From the NCBI GenBank assembly GCA_019114085.1, contig DXGE01000024.1:4227-68226 (forward strand): DNA of 64,000 nt. The letters run 5' to 3'. This stretch comes from Candidatus Eubacterium faecipullorum. GTDB taxonomy: Bacteria; Bacillota; Clostridia; Oscillospirales; Acutalibacteraceae. Position 1 is the stretch's first letter, and each line of letters opens with the position of its first letter. Below the pieces are notes generated by a model that was not told the origin of the DNA, searched no databases, and saw only the letters and a list, made by a program, of their open reading frames with translations. The position numbers and the translations under genes were made by a program. Of the stretch, positions 46,239-57,494 are shown in pieces.

Positions 46239-47072
46239 ATGGCTATAAAGAATTATAAGCCGACCACTCCTTCCAGAAGGAATATGTCGGTTACAGATTA
46301 TTCTTCCCTCTCTAAAGTTGCACCTGAAAGGTCCTTGCTTGAACCCATCAGCAAAAAGTCAGGCCGTAACTCTTACGGAAGAATAACCGTCCGTCACCGC
46401 GGCGGCGGAAACAGAAGAAAATACCGCGTAATCGATTTTAAGAGGCAAAAGTTTGATGTGCCTGCAACCGTTAAAACGATCGAATATGATCCCAACCGCT
46501 CGGCACACATCGCTCTGATTCAGTATGAAGACGGCGTTAAGAGCTATATCATAGCTCCCGAAGGCCTTAAGGTAGGCGCAACTGTTGTTGCCGGCCCTGA
46601 GGCGGATATCGTAGCGGGCAACGCGCTTCCGCTCAAGAATATCCCCGTCGGCACAGTTATCCACAATGTTGAGCTTTATCCCGGCAGAGGCGCGCAGCTT
46701 GCACGTTCAGCCGGCAACAGCGCTCAGCTTATGGCTATCGAAGGCCCTTACGCGCTGCTCAGGCTCCCGTCCGGCGAGCTTCGTAACGTACCTGTAGACT
46801 GTATGGCAACTGTCGGCGTTGTCGGCAACACAGACCATGCCAATGTCAAGATCGGTAAAGCAGGCCGTAAGCGCAATATGGGCTGGAGACCTACAGTCCG
46901 CGGTTCTGTTATGAACCCGAACGACCACCCGCACGGCGGCGGTGAAGGCAAGGCGCCTATCGGCCGTCCCGGTCCTGTTACACCTTGGGGCAAGCCTGCT
47001 CTTGGTTATAAGACACGTAACAGGAAGAAAGCTTCCAATAAGATGATCGTAAGACGTCGTAACGGTAAATAA
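46239..47072 (+). CDS. rplB: 50S ribosomal protein L2
   Basis: The conserved N-terminus [14 protein letters not shown] starts at ATG 46239. The ORF-track extension from 46197 is unlikely. Confidence 0.97.
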   Translation: MAIKNYKPTTPSRRNMSVTDYSSLSKVAPERSLLEPISKKSGRNSYGRITVRHRGGGNRRKYRVIDFKRQKFDVPATVKTIEYDPNRSAHIALIQYEDGVKSYIIAPEGLKVGATVVAGPEADIVAGNALPLKNIPVGTVIHNVELYPGRGAQLARSAGNSAQLMAIEGPYALLRLPSGELRNVPVDCMATVGVVGNTDHANVKIGKAGRKRNMGWRPTVRGSVMNPNDHPHGGGEGKAPIGRPGPVTPWGKPALGYKTRNRKKASNKMIVRRRNGK

Positions 47073-47090
47073 GAGGAAAGGAGAAGTTAG

Positions 47091-47363
47091 ATGAGTAGAA
47101 GCACTAAAAAAGGCCCTTATGTTGAAGAAAGCCTTTACAAGAAAGTAGCTGCCCTCAATGAAAAGGGCGATAAGCAGGTCATCAAGACCTGGTCAAGAAG
47201 TTCAACTATCTTCCCTGAGTTCGTAGGACACACCTTTGCCGTTCATGACGGCAGAAAGCATGTTCCCGTTTATGTAACTGAGGATATGGTTGGTCACAAG
47301 CTCGGCGAGTTCGCTCCCACAAGAACATTCCGCGGCCACGCAGGCTCAAAGACAACGAAGTAA
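47091..47363 (+). CDS. rpsS: 30S ribosomal protein S19
   Basis: The S19 sequence is recognisable ([11 protein letters not shown]). Confidence 0.97.
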   Translation: MSRSTKKGPYVEESLYKKVAALNEKGDKQVIKTWSRSSTIFPEFVGHTFAVHDGRKHVPVYVTEDMVGHKLGEFAPTRTFRGHAGSKTTK

Positions 47364-47382
47364 TCGAAAGGAGAATTAAACT

Positions 47383-47721
47383 ATGGAAGCAACAGCAAAA
47401 GCAACATATGTTCGTATTTCTCCCAGAAAGGTTCAGATCGTTCTTGATTTAATCAGAAATCAGCCTTGCGATAAGGCTATGGCAATCCTTAAGCACACTC
47501 CCAAAGCTGCTACAGAGCCGCTGCAGAAGGTTCTTAAGTCTGCTATGGCAAACGCGGAGAACAACAATAATATGGACGTATCAAGACTGTATATAAGCTA
47601 CTGCAATGTTACTGCGGGCCCCACTCTTAAGAGAATCCGCCCCAGAGCGCAGGGCAGAGCATACAGGATCAATAAGAGAACATCACACATCACCATTACC
47701 GTTTCGGAAATGGAAGACTAA
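47383..47721 (+). CDS. rplV: 50S ribosomal protein L22
   Basis: The L22 sequence is recognisable and the gene order is conserved. Confidence 0.96.
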   Translation: MEATAKATYVRISPRKVQIVLDLIRNQPCDKAMAILKHTPKAATEPLQKVLKSAMANAENNNNMDVSRLYISYCNVTAGPTLKRIRPRAQGRAYRINKRTSHITITVSEMED

Positions 47722-47739
47722 GCGAGGAGGATAAGTTAA

Positions 47740-48477
47740 ATGGGACAGAAATGTAATCCAACCGGTTTAAGAATCGGCGTCATCAAAAACTGGGACTCCC
47801 GCTGGTACGCGAAAAAGGCAGATTTCGGCGATACGCTTGTTGAAGATCATAACCTTCGTAAGTATCTGCTCGAGACCCTTAAAGGCGCGGGTGTTCCCAA
47901 GGTAGAGATCGAGCGTGACGCAAAGCGCGTAAGAATCAACATCCACTGCGCAAAGCCCGGTATGGTTATCGGTAAGCAGGGCGCAGAGATAGAGAAGCTT
48001 AAGGCAATCTGCGCAAAGAAGCTCGGCAAAAAGAACGATGAAGTATTCATCAACATCATAGAGATCAAGCAGCCCGACCTCAATGCAACGCTTGTTGCGC
48101 AGAGCATCGCTACGCAGCTTGAAAAGCGTGTTTCCTTCCGCCGCGCCGTTAAGCAGGCAATCAGAAACACAATGAGATGGGGCGCTCGCGGTATCAAGGT
48201 TCAGGTATCCGGCCGTATCGGCGGTGCCGAGATCGCGCGTTCCGAAACTTATAAGGAAGGAACAATTCCGCTTCAGACGATCCGCGCCGATATTGATTAC
48301 GGCACTGCAGAAGCCGCCACAACCTACGGCAGGATCGGTGTTAAGACCTGGATCTATCAGGGCGAGGTTCTTCGCGAAAGCAGAAACAAGCCCCAGAGAA
48401 GAAACAACTACAATCGCCGCAGAGACAATAAGGATAACAACAGAGGCTCAAGGCGTAAGGAAGGAGGAAATCGTTAA
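47740..48477 (+). CDS. rpsC: 30S ribosomal protein S3 (with basic C-terminal tail)
   Basis: The S3 KH and C-domain sequence is followed by a tail rich in R/N/K. Confidence 0.96.
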   Translation: MGQKCNPTGLRIGVIKNWDSRWYAKKADFGDTLVEDHNLRKYLLETLKGAGVPKVEIERDAKRVRINIHCAKPGMVIGKQGAEIEKLKAICAKKLGKKNDEVFINIIEIKQPDLNATLVAQSIATQLEKRVSFRRAVKQAIRNTMRWGARGIKVQVSGRIGGAEIARSETYKEGTIPLQTIRADIDYGTAEAATTYGRIGVKTWIYQGEVLRESRNKPQRRNNYNRRRDNKDNNRGSRRKEGGNR

Positions 48478-48899
48478 TGCTCTTACCAAAGCGTGTTAAG
48501 CACCGTAAGCAGCACAGAGGTCGTATGACCGGTGAAGCTACAAGGGGCAATAAGGTAACTTACGGCCAGTACGGCCTTCAGGCAACGGAGCCTGCATGGA
48601 TCACCGCAGCGCAGATAGAGGCTGCACGTATCGCAATGACCCGTTACACAAAGCGTGGCGGTCAGGTATGGATTAAGATTTTCCCCGATAAGCCGATCAC
48701 GGCAAGACCTGCCGACACCCGTATGGGTAAAGGTAAAGGTAACGTAGACTACTGGGTAGCAGTCGTTAAGCCCGGCAGAGTTATGTTTGAGCTTGCCGGC
48801 GTAGATGAGGTCGTTGCTCGCGAGGCTATGCGTCTTGCGGCAAACAAACTTCCTATCAAATGCAAATTCGTAGTTAAAGAAGAGGGAGGCGAGCAGTAA
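48477..48899 (+). CDS. rplP: 50S ribosomal protein L16
   Basis: The L16 sequence is recognisable ([16 protein letters not shown]). Confidence 0.97.
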   Translation: MLLPKRVKHRKQHRGRMTGEATRGNKVTYGQYGLQATEPAWITAAQIEAARIAMTRYTKRGGQVWIKIFPDKPITARPADTRMGKGKGNVDYWVAVVKPGRVMFELAGVDEVVAREAMRLAANKLPIKCKFVVKEEGGEQ

Positions 48900-49102
48900 T
48901 GAAAGCAGCTGAAATAAAGAAGCTCAGCGCGGAGCAGCGCGCGGCAAAGCTTGCGGAGCTTAAGGAAGAGCTCTTTAATCTTCATTTCCAGCAGGCGATC
49001 AACCAGCTCGACAATCCCATGAGAATCAAAGCTGTAAGAAAAGATATCGCCCGCATCAAAACGGTTGAGCGCGAGATCGAACTTGCAGACTCAAATTCTT
49101 AA
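48899..49102 (+). CDS. rpmC: 50S ribosomal protein L29
   Basis: The L29 sequence is recognisable and the gene order is conserved. Confidence 0.95.
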   Translation: MKAAEIKKLSAEQRAAKLAELKEELFNLHFQQAINQLDNPMRIKAVRKDIARIKTVEREIELADSNS

Positions 49103-49120
49103 GATAGGAGGTAGTTTATT

Positions 49121-49378
49121 ATGAGCGAAAGAAACCTCAGAAAAACAAGAGTTGGTGTAGTATCAAGCGATAAGATGGATAAGACCGTTGTTGTTACGAT
49201 CAAAGACAGGGTTCGCCATCCGCTTTACGGAAAGATCATTAACCGTACGGTTAAATACAAGGCGCATGATGAGGAAAACACCTGCGGCGTAGGCGATAAG
49301 GTTCTGATTATGGAAACCCGCCCGCTCAGCAAGGATAAGAGATGGCGCGTTGTTCAAATCATTGAAAAGGCTAAGTAA
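49121..49378 (+). CDS. rpsQ: 30S ribosomal protein S17
   Basis: The S17 sequence is recognisable ([14 protein letters not shown]). Confidence 0.96.
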   Translation: MSERNLRKTRVGVVSSDKMDKTVVVTIKDRVRHPLYGKIINRTVKYKAHDEENTCGVGDKVLIMETRPLSKDKRWRVVQIIEKAK

Positions 49379-49472
49379 TCATTACGAATTACGGCTTTTG
49401 ATAATTTAGTTTCATGAAATAATAACTGCAAGATGCAAAGTGTTATTTTGCAGTACGAAGGAGGAAAATGCT

Positions 49473-49841
49473 GTGATACAACAGGAAAGCCGTCTTAAAG
49501 TTGCAGACAACACCGGCGCGAAAGAGATCCTTTGCATCCGCGTGCTCGGCGGCTCGGGCAGAAGATATGCAAATATCGGCGATGTTATCGTTGCTTCTGT
49601 CAAAAAGGCAGCCCCCAACGGCGTTGTTAAAAAAGGCGAAGTTGTTAAAGCAGTCATCGTTCGTACAACTAAAGGTGTACGTCGTGACGACGGTCAGTAC
49701 ATTCGTTTTGATGAAAATGCTGCCGTAATTATCAAAGAGGATAAAACTCCTCGTGGCACCCGTATTTTCGGACCGGTAGCCAGAGAGCTTCGTGATAAGG
49801 ATTATATGAAGATACTCTCTCTCGCTCCGGAAGTACTTTAA
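49473..49841 (+). CDS. rplN: 50S ribosomal protein L14
   Basis: The conserved N-terminus (M)[17 protein letters not shown] starts at GTG 49473, preceded by GAAGGAGGA. Confidence 0.96.
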   Translation: MIQQESRLKVADNTGAKEILCIRVLGGSGRRYANIGDVIVASVKKAAPNGVVKKGEVVKAVIVRTTKGVRRDDGQYIRFDENAAVIIKEDKTPRGTRIFGPVARELRDKDYMKILSLAPEVL

Positions 49842-49855
49842 TGGAGGTGCCCAAT

Positions 49856-50158
49856 ATGAGTAAAATGTTTGTAAAGACCGGTGATACCGTAATGGTACTC
49901 AGCGGTAAGTCCAAGGGCGTTAAGGGCGAGGTCATCGCCGTAAGCCCCAAAGAGGGTAAGGTAATCGTTAAAAAGGTAAACATTGTAACCAAGCATGTAA
50001 AGCCCCGTAAGATGGGTGAGCAGGGCGGTCTTGTTCCCGTTGAATCTGCTCTTTATGCTTCAAAGGTTCAGCTTGTTTGCCCCAAGTGCGGTAAGGCTAC
50101 CCGCGTAGGTCATAAAGACGGTAAGCGCGTCTGCAAGCAGTGCGCTAACGAATTTTAA
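49856..50158 (+). CDS. rplX: 50S ribosomal protein L24
   Basis: The L24 KOW sequence is recognisable. The ATG at 49856 follows GGAGGTG. Confidence 0.95.
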   Translation: MSKMFVKTGDTVMVLSGKSKGVKGEVIAVSPKEGKVIVKKVNIVTKHVKPRKMGEQGGLVPVESALYASKVQLVCPKCGKATRVGHKDGKRVCKQCANEF

Positions 50159-50178
50159 GAAAGGGAGGAACATAACCG

Positions 50179-50721
50179 ATGGCTGCAAGATTAAGAGAAG
50201 CCTATAAGAGCGAGATCGCTCCGGCTCTTATGAAGAAGTTTGAGTACAAGTCTGTTATGCAAATCCCTAAGCTTGACAAAATTGTTCTCAATGTAGGCTG
50301 CGGTGAGGCGCGCGACAATTCCAAGGTCGTAGACGCTATCATCAATGACCTCAGCATTATTACAGGTCAAAGACCGATTATATGCCGCGCAAAGAAGTCC
50401 GTAGCAAACTTCAAACTGCGTGAAGGCATGCCGATCGGCGTTAAGGTTACGCTTCGCGGAGACAAGATGTATGAATTCCTTGACAGGTTCTTCAACCTTG
50501 CGCTTCCCAGAGTTCGTGACTTCAGAGGCATCAACCCCAATTCTTTTGACGGCCGCGGCAATTATGCCATGGGTATCAAAGAGCAGTTGATTTTCCCTGA
50601 GATCGATTACGATAAGATTGACGCTGTTCGCGGTATGGATATTATTATGGTAACAACTGCCAATACAGATGAAGAAGGCAGAGAGCTGCTCAGAATGCTG
50701 GGCGCTCCGTTCGCAGAGTAA
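50179..50721 (+). CDS. rplE: 50S ribosomal protein L5
   Basis: The L5 sequence is recognisable. Confidence 0.97.
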   Translation: MAARLREAYKSEIAPALMKKFEYKSVMQIPKLDKIVLNVGCGEARDNSKVVDAIINDLSIITGQRPIICRAKKSVANFKLREGMPIGVKVTLRGDKMYEFLDRFFNLALPRVRDFRGINPNSFDGRGNYAMGIKEQLIFPEIDYDKIDAVRGMDIIMVTTANTDEEGRELLRMLGAPFAE

Positions 50722-50733
50722 GGAGGGAATATC

Positions 50734-50919
50734 GTGGCGAAAACATCTATGAAAGTTAAGGCTGCAAGGCCTGCTAAGTATTCAACAAGAGCTTACAACA
50801 GATGTAAGATCTGCGGTAGACCTCATGCTTATCTTCGTAAGTATGGCGTATGCCGTATCTGCTTCAGAGAGCTTGCTCACAACGGCGAGATCCCCGGAGT
50901 AACAAAATCTTCTTGGTAA
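50734..50919 (+). CDS. rpsZ: 30S ribosomal protein S14, short zinc-binding type Z
   Basis: A 61-aa protein with the CxxC...CxxC motif (CKICGRP...CRICF). Confidence 0.95.
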   Translation: MAKTSMKVKAARPAKYSTRAYNRCKICGRPHAYLRKYGVCRICFRELAHNGEIPGVTKSSW

Positions 50920-50958
50920 GATATGGGAAATTGCTAAATTTATAAGGAGGAAATATCA

Positions 50959-51357
50959 ATGCATATTACAGACCCTATTGCTGATATGCTTACAAGAATT
51001 CGTAACGCTAATTCGGCAAAACACGATACAGTAGATATTCCTGCGTCAAAGATGAAGAAGGCAATTGCTCAGATTCTTGTTGATGAAGGTTATATCAAAT
51101 CATTCAAGGTTATTGAAGATGATAAACAGGGTGTTATCCGTGTAACCCTTAAATACGGAGAAGGTAAATCACAGGTTATCACAGGTCTTCGCAGAGTTTC
51201 CAAGCCGGGCCTTCGCATTTATTCCAATGTAGAGGATATGCCCAAGGTTATGAAAGGCCTCGGTGTGGCTATCATTTCCACATCAAAGGGCATTATGACG
51301 GATAGGGAAGCGCGCAAGCAGAATGTCGGCGGCGAAGTTCTTGCGTTCGTATGGTAA
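50959..51357 (+). CDS. rpsH: 30S ribosomal protein S8
   Basis: The S8 sequence is recognisable ([13 protein letters not shown]). Confidence 0.97.
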   Translation: MHITDPIADMLTRIRNANSAKHDTVDIPASKMKKAIAQILVDEGYIKSFKVIEDDKQGVIRVTLKYGEGKSQVITGLRRVSKPGLRIYSNVEDMPKVMKGLGVAIISTSKGIMTDREARKQNVGGEVLAFVW

Positions 51358-51373
51358 GGAGGTGCAGTAAGGT

Positions 51374-51913
51374 ATGTCACGTATCGGCTTAAAGCCAATT
51401 ACAGTTCCGGCCGGAGTTGACGTTGCGGTAAACGGTAATGAGATCACCGTGAAAGGCCCAAACGGCACCCTTTCCATGGATAAGCACCCCAACATCAGCG
51501 TAAGCGTTGCAGACGGTGTTATCACCTGTTCCAGGCCGAATGATGAAAAGGAAAACAGATCCCTTCACGGCCTTACTCGCGCGCTTATCAACAATATGGT
51601 AGAGGGCGTTGTAAACGGCTTCAAAAAGGTGCTTGAGGTAAACGGCGTTGGTTACCGTGTTCAGATGCAGGGCAACAACCTCGTTATGAACCTCGGCTAT
51701 TCACATCAGGTAACTATGACTGCTCCCGAGGGCATCAAGATCGAATGCCCCACTGCAAACCAGATTGTTATTTCCGGTGCAGACAAGCAGGCGGTCGGTC
51801 AGTTCGCGGCTCAGGTCCGTGAAAAGAGACCTCCCGAGCCTTATAAGGGCAAGGGCATCAAGTATGCAGACGAGCATATCCGCCGCAAAGAGGGCAAAGC
51901 AGGTAAGAAATAA
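51374..51913 (+). CDS. rplF: 50S ribosomal protein L6
   Basis: The L6 sequence is recognisable (MSRIGLKPI). Confidence 0.97.
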   Translation: MSRIGLKPITVPAGVDVAVNGNEITVKGPNGTLSMDKHPNISVSVADGVITCSRPNDEKENRSLHGLTRALINNMVEGVVNGFKKVLEVNGVGYRVQMQGNNLVMNLGYSHQVTMTAPEGIKIECPTANQIVISGADKQAVGQFAAQVREKRPPEPYKGKGIKYADEHIRRKEGKAGKK

Positions 51914-51931
51914 GGGAAGGAGTGAATTACT

Positions 51932-52291
51932 TTGGTTTCAAGACAGGATGCAAATAAGGCAAGAAAAAGACGCCATCAGAGAGTGCGCAGAAAGATTTCC
52001 GGCACGGTTGATTGTCCCAGGCTCAATGTATATCGCTCCCTCAGCAATATCTACGTTCAGCTTATTGACGATGTTGCCGGCGTAACACTTGCGCAGGCTT
52101 CAACCGTTGAAAAGGATTTCACCGCTTACGGCGGTAATGTAGAGGCAGCTAAGGCTGTCGGTAAAACACTGGCGGAAAGAGCCAAGGCAAAGGGCATTGA
52201 ACAGTGCGTATTTGACCGCGGCGGTTATGTTTATCACGGTCGTGTTGCCGCTGTTGCGGACGGCGCCCGTGAAGGCGGACTTAAGTTCTAA
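51932..52291 (+). CDS. rplR: 50S ribosomal protein L18
   Basis: The L18 sequence is recognisable. The start is non-ATG (TTG). Confidence 0.95.
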   Translation: MVSRQDANKARKRRHQRVRRKISGTVDCPRLNVYRSLSNIYVQLIDDVAGVTLAQASTVEKDFTAYGGNVEAAKAVGKTLAERAKAKGIEQCVFDRGGYVYHGRVAAVADGAREGGLKF

Positions 52292-52310
52292 AGAAGGAGG
52301 ATAATGCTTT

Positions 52311-52811
52311 ATGTCAAAGATAGATGTGTCTTCAATGGAACTTGAAGAAAGAGTTGTAAAAATTAACCGCGTTTCAAAAACCGTAAAGGGCGGCCGTATT
52401 TATAAGTTCTCAGCTCTTGTTGTCGTAGGCGACGGCAACGGTCTTGTCGGCTTCGGCGTTGGCAAGTCCGGCGAGGTTCCGGACGCTATCCGCAAGGGTA
52501 TAGAGGACGCTAAAAAGAATGTTATGAGAGTTGCTTTAAGAGGCACTACGATCCCGCACGAGGTTAAAGGCAAGTACGGCGCCGGAGAGGTGCTGCTCAT
52601 GCCCGCTCCCCAGGGTACCGGCGTTATCGCTGGCGGCCCCGTTCGTGCCGTTGTAGAAACAGTCGGCATCTCTGATATCCGTACAAAGGCTATAAGATCT
52701 AACAACCCTTATAATGTTGTAAGAGCAACTTTGAACGGTCTTGCACAGCTTCGCACTGCAGAGCAGGTTGCAGCAGTACGCGGCAAGTCTGTTAAGAAGA
52801 TCTTTGAATAA
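52311..52811 (+). CDS. rpsE: 30S ribosomal protein S5
   Basis: The S5 sequence is recognisable ([16 protein letters not shown]). Confidence 0.97.
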   Translation: MSKIDVSSMELEERVVKINRVSKTVKGGRIYKFSALVVVGDGNGLVGFGVGKSGEVPDAIRKGIEDAKKNVMRVALRGTTIPHEVKGKYGAGEVLLMPAPQGTGVIAGGPVRAVVETVGISDIRTKAIRSNNPYNVVRATLNGLAQLRTAEQVAAVRGKSVKKIFE

Positions 52812-52823
52812 GGAGGGTGGAAA

Positions 52824-53003
52824 ATGGCAGATATTAAAATCACTTTAAAGAAAAGCCTTATCGGCTGCAAAAAGGATCAGATTGCCACGGCCCACTCGCT
52901 CGGTCTTCGCAAGATTGGCAATGTAACCGTTCAGCCGAATAATGAACAGACCAAGGGAAAGATCAAAAAGATCTCTCATCTTGTAGAAGCTCAGGAAGCA
53001 TAA
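52824..53003 (+). CDS. rpmD: 50S ribosomal protein L30 (59 aa, not in ORF track)
   Basis: An AGGAGGGTGG RBS is present. The product is [59 protein letters not shown]. The position between rpsE and rplO is conserved. Confidence 0.93.
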   Translation: MADIKITLKKSLIGCKKDQIATAHSLGLRKIGNVTVQPNNEQTKGKIKKISHLVEAQEA

Positions 53004-53019
53004 GAGGAGGTGCAGATAG

Positions 53020-53463
53020 ATGAAATTACACGAACTTTCTCCTGCTGAGGGCTCAAAGAAAGCAGTAAAAAGGATCGGCAGAGGCGCAGGCTCAGGTCAA
53101 GGCAAAACTGCCGGCAAGGGCCACAAGGGCGCCAAGGCGCGTTCGGGCTACAGCCGTCAGGCTGGCTTCGAGGGCGGCCAGATGCCTCTCCAAAGGCGCG
53201 TACCCAAAAGGGGCTTCAACAATATCTTCCGCACAGAGTATGCCGTTGTAAACCTCTCCTCTCTTGAAGAGAGATTTGAGGCAGGCGCAACCGTAGACGC
53301 TGAAAGCCTTAAGGCTTGCGGACTTATCAAAAAGGAGCTTGACGGTATCAAGGTTCTCGCAAGGGGCGAGGTTACCAAAGCTCTCAATATCAAAGTAAAT
53401 GCAGTCAGCGAGGCTGCAAAGGCAAAGATTGAAGCTGCAGGCGGCACCGTGGAGGTATTGTAA
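53020..53463 (+). CDS. rplO: 50S ribosomal protein L15
   Basis: The L15 sequence is recognisable. Confidence 0.97.
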   Translation: MKLHELSPAEGSKKAVKRIGRGAGSGQGKTAGKGHKGAKARSGYSRQAGFEGGQMPLQRRVPKRGFNNIFRTEYAVVNLSSLEERFEAGATVDAESLKACGLIKKELDGIKVLARGEVTKALNIKVNAVSEAAKAKIEAAGGTVEVL

Positions 53464-54813
53464 ATGATCAAAACCATCCTTAACGCCTGGAAGGTTCCGG
53501 AAATAAGAAAAAAGCTGCTGTTTACGGCGTTTATCATTCTTGTTTTCAGAATCGGCTCGTTCATTCCGGTGCCGTTTCTTGATATAGCCGGCGAGATCGA
53601 AGTCGGCAGAGGAAACACGATCCTCACATATCTCAGTCTTATGACCGGTTCCGCATTTACCTACGGTACGATATTCGCAATGTCTATCACCCCGTACATC
53701 AATGCGTCCATCATCATGCAGCTGCTTGCCGTTGCGATTCCCGCGCTGGAAAGGCTTCAAAGGGAAGGCGAGGAAGGCAGAAAGAAGATCGCTTCCATCA
53801 CACGTATCGTAACCGTTGTGCTCGGTCTTCTTCAGTCCCTTGCATATTATTTCTTCCTTCGTGCCAATGATTATCTTATGACAGATGCTTCCGGCGCGCA
53901 GTTCACAGGTTTCGCAGGCGTGTTCCAGGCGATCGTCATCGTTGTTGTGCTCACTGCCGGCACCGCAGTTATCATGTGGCTCGGCGAGCAGATCACGCTC
54001 TCCGGCATCGGCAACGGTATCTCAATCATACTTTTTGCAGGTATCATTTCAAGATTCCCAACAATCATCAGGCAGTATATCGGCTATCTTGAAACAGGCC
54101 GTATGGTTTATAATTTCCTTGTTCCGGCAATCCTTATCGTATTCCTTCTTATGATCGTATATATCGTATTTATGGATAATGCCGAAAGAAGGATACCCAT
54201 CCAGTACGCAAAGCGCGTTGTAGGCCGTAAGATGTACGGCGGTCAGGCCACGAATATGCCTATCAAGGTCAATATGAGCGGCGTTCTTCCCATCATCTTC
54301 GCGTCTTCCATTCTCTCACTCCCCGGCACGGTTCAGATGTTCCTTTCTGCTGATCAGTACGAGGGCACTTTCTGGGAGAGCTTCTTCAATGCGTTTCAGA
54401 GCGATTCCTGGTGGTATGCAGGTATGTATTTTGTGCTGATCATCTTCTTCGGATATTTCTACAGCACAATTCAGTACAATCCCATCGAAATGGCGAACAA
54501 TCTTCGCAAGAACAACGGTTCCATCCCCGGCATACGCCCCGGCAAGCCAACTTCGGATTATATATTCAAAGTGCTTATGAGGCTCACGCTCATCGGCGTG
54601 CTTATGCTTTCGGTAATCGCACTTCTTCCGATCATTTGGTCGCTGATTTGTGACGCAGCAATTCCTCCGCTTACGGAAGGCGGCACGGACGGCGGATTCT
54701 CCGTAACGCTCGGCGGTACTTCTATCATCATTATGTGCGGCGTAGCGCTTGAGACGGTTCGTCAGCTCGAATCACAGATGATGATGCGTCACTACAAAGG
54801 ATTTCTTGATTAA
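53464..54813 (+). CDS. secY: preprotein translocase subunit SecY
   Basis: A 449-aa protein with the 10-TM SecY pattern, in the conserved position. Confidence 0.97.
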   Translation: MIKTILNAWKVPEIRKKLLFTAFIILVFRIGSFIPVPFLDIAGEIEVGRGNTILTYLSLMTGSAFTYGTIFAMSITPYINASIIMQLLAVAIPALERLQREGEEGRKKIASITRIVTVVLGLLQSLAYYFFLRANDYLMTDASGAQFTGFAGVFQAIVIVVVLTAGTAVIMWLGEQITLSGIGNGISIILFAGIISRFPTIIRQYIGYLETGRMVYNFLVPAILIVFLLMIVYIVFMDNAERRIPIQYAKRVVGRKMYGGQATNMPIKVNMSGVLPIIFASSILSLPGTVQMFLSADQYEGTFWESFFNAFQSDSWWYAGMYFVLIIFFGYFYSTIQYNPIEMANNLRKNNGSIPGIRPGKPTSDYIFKVLMRLTLIGVLMLSVIALLPIIWSLICDAAIPPLTEGGTDGGFSVTLGGTSIIIMCGVALETVRQLESQMMMRHYKGFLD

Positions 54814-54830
54814 TTGAAAGGGTTTGGGTT

Positions 54831-55463
54831 ATGAATTTAATACTTCTCGGCGCTCCGGGTGCCGGCAAAGGCACGCAGGCGGAAAAAATTGTTGAAAAGT
54901 ATGGCATTCCCGCCGTTTCGACCGGCAACATGATCCGCGCTGCTCTCAAAGAGGGCACGGAAATGGGCTTAAAGGCAAAGGCTTATATGGAAGCCGGCCA
55001 GCTCGTTCCGGATGATGTTGTAATCGGTATAATTAAGGACAGACTTGCTCAGAAAGACTGTGAAAACGGTTTTATTCTTGACGGATTTCCGCGCACCATT
55101 CCTCAGGCGCAGGCGCTTGAGGATATGGGCGTAAGAATTGATAAGGTACTTGATATCGAAGTGCCGGATGAAAAGATCACCGCAAGAATGTCAGGTAGGC
55201 GTGTGTGCTCCAAATGCGGCAATTCCTACCATCTTCTTTATAAAAAGCCTGCTGAAGAGGGCGTTTGCGACGCCTGCGGAGGAGAGCTTGTTCAAAGAAA
55301 GGACGACGCTCCCGAAACAGTTGCCGCAAGGCTTAAGGAGTATCACGAGATGACGGAGCCTTTAAAAGACTTCTACCGTGAGCTCGGCAAGCTCGTTGTT
55401 GTTGAAGGTCAGGAGGAGGTTGCGGATACGACCGCTCTTGTCTTCAAAGCGTTGGAGGATTAA
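54831..55463 (+). CDS. adk: adenylate kinase (zinc-lid type)
   Basis: It has the P-loop GAPGAGKGT and a CxxC...CxxC lid. Confidence 0.97.
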   Translation: MNLILLGAPGAGKGTQAEKIVEKYGIPAVSTGNMIRAALKEGTEMGLKAKAYMEAGQLVPDDVVIGIIKDRLAQKDCENGFILDGFPRTIPQAQALEDMGVRIDKVLDIEVPDEKITARMSGRRVCSKCGNSYHLLYKKPAEEGVCDACGGELVQRKDDAPETVAARLKEYHEMTEPLKDFYRELGKLVVVEGQEEVADTTALVFKALED

Positions 55464-55464
55464 C

Positions 55465-56214
55465 ATGGTAGTGCTTAAAAGCAAAAGAGAGCTTGAGCTT
55501 ATGAAAGAAGCCTGCAAGATCTCCGCTGAGGCATTAATGGTGGCGGGCGAGGCTGTGCGCCCCGGCGTTTCAACCAAGGAAATAGATAAGGTCGCCTATG
55601 ATCTTATAAAGAAAAGGGGCGCTGTCCCCAATTTCCTCGGTCTGTATGACTTTCCTGCCACCGCATGTATTTCCATAAACAATGAAGTGATTCACGGCAT
55701 CCCGAAGAAAGACCGTATCATCAAAGAAGGCGATATAGTCAGCATAGATCTGGGTGCCGCGAAGAACGGCTATAACGGCGATAATGCTGCCACTTTTGTT
55801 GCAGGGACTTGCTCTCCCGAGGCAAAGCGGCTGATAGATACCACCCGTGAGAGCCTTTATAAAGGCATTGAACAGGCGGTACCCGGCAACAGGATCGGCG
55901 ATATAGGCCATGCAGTGCAGGCGTATTGCGAGGCGCGCGGTTTCAGCGTCGTTCGCGATTTCGTCGGTCACGGTGTGGGAACAAAGCTTCATGAAGATCC
56001 AAGCGTACCCAACTTCGGACACGAAGGTCGTGGTATCAGACTGTTACCCGGAATGACATTGGCAATTGAACCGATGATCAATCAGGGAACCTATAAGGTA
56101 AAGCAGCTTTCAGACGGCTGGACGATCGTTACGCAGGACGGCAAATTGTCCGCCCATTTTGAGCATACGGTAGCCATCACGCCGGACGGTCCCGTTATAA
56201 TGACCAAAATATGA
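55465..56214 (+). CDS. map: type I methionine aminopeptidase
   Basis: Starts MVVLKSKRELELMKEACKIS at ATG 55465 after GGAGGA. Metal ligands are conserved. Confidence 0.96.
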   Translation: MVVLKSKRELELMKEACKISAEALMVAGEAVRPGVSTKEIDKVAYDLIKKRGAVPNFLGLYDFPATACISINNEVIHGIPKKDRIIKEGDIVSIDLGAAKNGYNGDNAATFVAGTCSPEAKRLIDTTRESLYKGIEQAVPGNRIGDIGHAVQAYCEARGFSVVRDFVGHGVGTKLHEDPSVPNFGHEGRGIRLLPGMTLAIEPMINQGTYKVKQLSDGWTIVTQDGKLSAHFEHTVAITPDGPVIMTKI

Positions 56215-56303
56215 AAGCGAGATCAATTGTTGGCGATTACGCCGCGATGTGATTCCAGATAAATTTTAACATCTATATTCGTAAAACGCAGCGAGGTAAA
56301 TTG

Positions 56304-56522
56304 ATGTCAAAGTCAGATATGATAGAAGTTGAAGGTACCGTGGTTGAGGTATTGCCTAACACAACTTTTAAGGTTACGCTTCAGAACGACCACATTATTT
56401 TGGCCCATATCAGCGGAAAGCTTCGTATGAACAACATCAGAATACTTCCCGGTGATAAGGTAACGATCGAGATGTCACCTTACGACCTTACAAAAGGCCG
56501 TATCATCTGGCGCTCGAAGTAA
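56304..56522 (+). CDS. infA: translation initiation factor IF-1
   Basis: The IF-1 S1-fold sequence is recognisable ([18 protein letters not shown]). Confidence 0.96.
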   Translation: MSKSDMIEVEGTVVEVLPNTTFKVTLQNDHIILAHISGKLRMNNIRILPGDKVTIEMSPYDLTKGRIIWRSK

Positions 56523-56540
56523 ATAAAGGAGGATATCAAA

Positions 56541-56654
56541 ATGAAAGTTAGACCTTCTGTTAAGAAAATCTGCGATAAATGCAAAGTTATAAAGCGCAAT
56601 GGAAAAGTAATGGTTATCTGTGAAAATCCAAAGCACAAACAGCGTCAGGGCTGA
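56541..56654 (+). CDS. rpmJ: 50S ribosomal protein L36 (37 aa, not in ORF track)
   Basis: An AAGGAGGA RBS is present. The product is [37 protein letters not shown]. Confidence 0.95.
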   Translation: MKVRPSVKKICDKCKVIKRNGKVMVICENPKHKQRQG

Positions 56655-56686
56655 TCCTGAATTAATAATCGGAGGTAAACAGTAAT

Positions 56687-57055
56687 ATGGCACGTATTTC
56701 AGGTGTTGACTTACCAAACGATAAGAGAGTAGAAATCGGCCTTACCTATATTTACGGTATCGGCAGAACTACTGCTACTCAGATTATCAACGCAACGGGA
56801 ATCAATCCGGACACTCGCTGCAGAGATCTGTCCGAGGACGAGGTTTCCAAGATCCGTGATTACATTGAAAAGAATGTAACCGTAGAAGGCGACCTGCGCA
56901 GAGATGTCGCTTTCGATATAAAAAGACTTATAGAGATCGGTTGCTATCGCGGCATTCGCCACAGAAAGGGCCTGCCCGTAAGGGGCCAGACCTCCAAGAA
57001 CAATGCCCGCACAAGAAAAGGTCCCAAAAAGACCATAGCAAACAAGAAGAAATAA
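56687..57055 (+). CDS. rpsM: 30S ribosomal protein S13
   Basis: The S13 sequence is recognisable ([10 protein letters not shown]). Confidence 0.97.
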   Translation: MARISGVDLPNDKRVEIGLTYIYGIGRTTATQIINATGINPDTRCRDLSEDEVSKIRDYIEKNVTVEGDLRRDVAFDIKRLIEIGCYRGIRHRKGLPVRGQTSKNNARTRKGPKKTIANKKK

Positions 57056-57076
57056 TTGTAGGAGGAAACAGAAAGT

Positions 57077-57472
57077 ATGGCTACTAAAAAGACCACTGCC
57101 ACACGCAAGCGCCGTGAAAAGAAAAATATTGAGCGTGGTACAGTTCATATTCAGTCAACCTTCAACAACACTATCGTAACCATTGCCGATATGCAGGGCA
57201 ACGCCGTATCCTGGGCGTCCGCCGGTGAAATGGGCTTCAGGGGCTCAAGAAAATCCACCCCGTTCGCTGCCCAGACTGCTGCGGAAACAGCTGCCAAGGC
57301 CGCTATGGAGCACGGTATGAAAACAGTTGAAGTTTACGTTAAGGGCCCCGGCTCAGGCCGTGAATCCGCTATCAGAGCGCTTGAAACGGTTGGGCTTCAG
57401 GTTACTCTTATTAAGGATGTTACTCCTATCCCGCACAACGGCTGCCGTCCGCCTAAGAGACGCCGCGTATAG
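57077..57472 (+). CDS. rpsK: 30S ribosomal protein S11
   Basis: The S11 sequence is recognisable. Confidence 0.97.
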   Translation: MATKKTTATRKRREKKNIERGTVHIQSTFNNTIVTIADMQGNAVSWASAGEMGFRGSRKSTPFAAQTAAETAAKAAMEHGMKTVEVYVKGPGSGRESAIRALETVGLQVTLIKDVTPIPHNGCRPPKRRRV

Positions 57473-57494
57473 TTTTTAATGGAGGTTACTTGAT

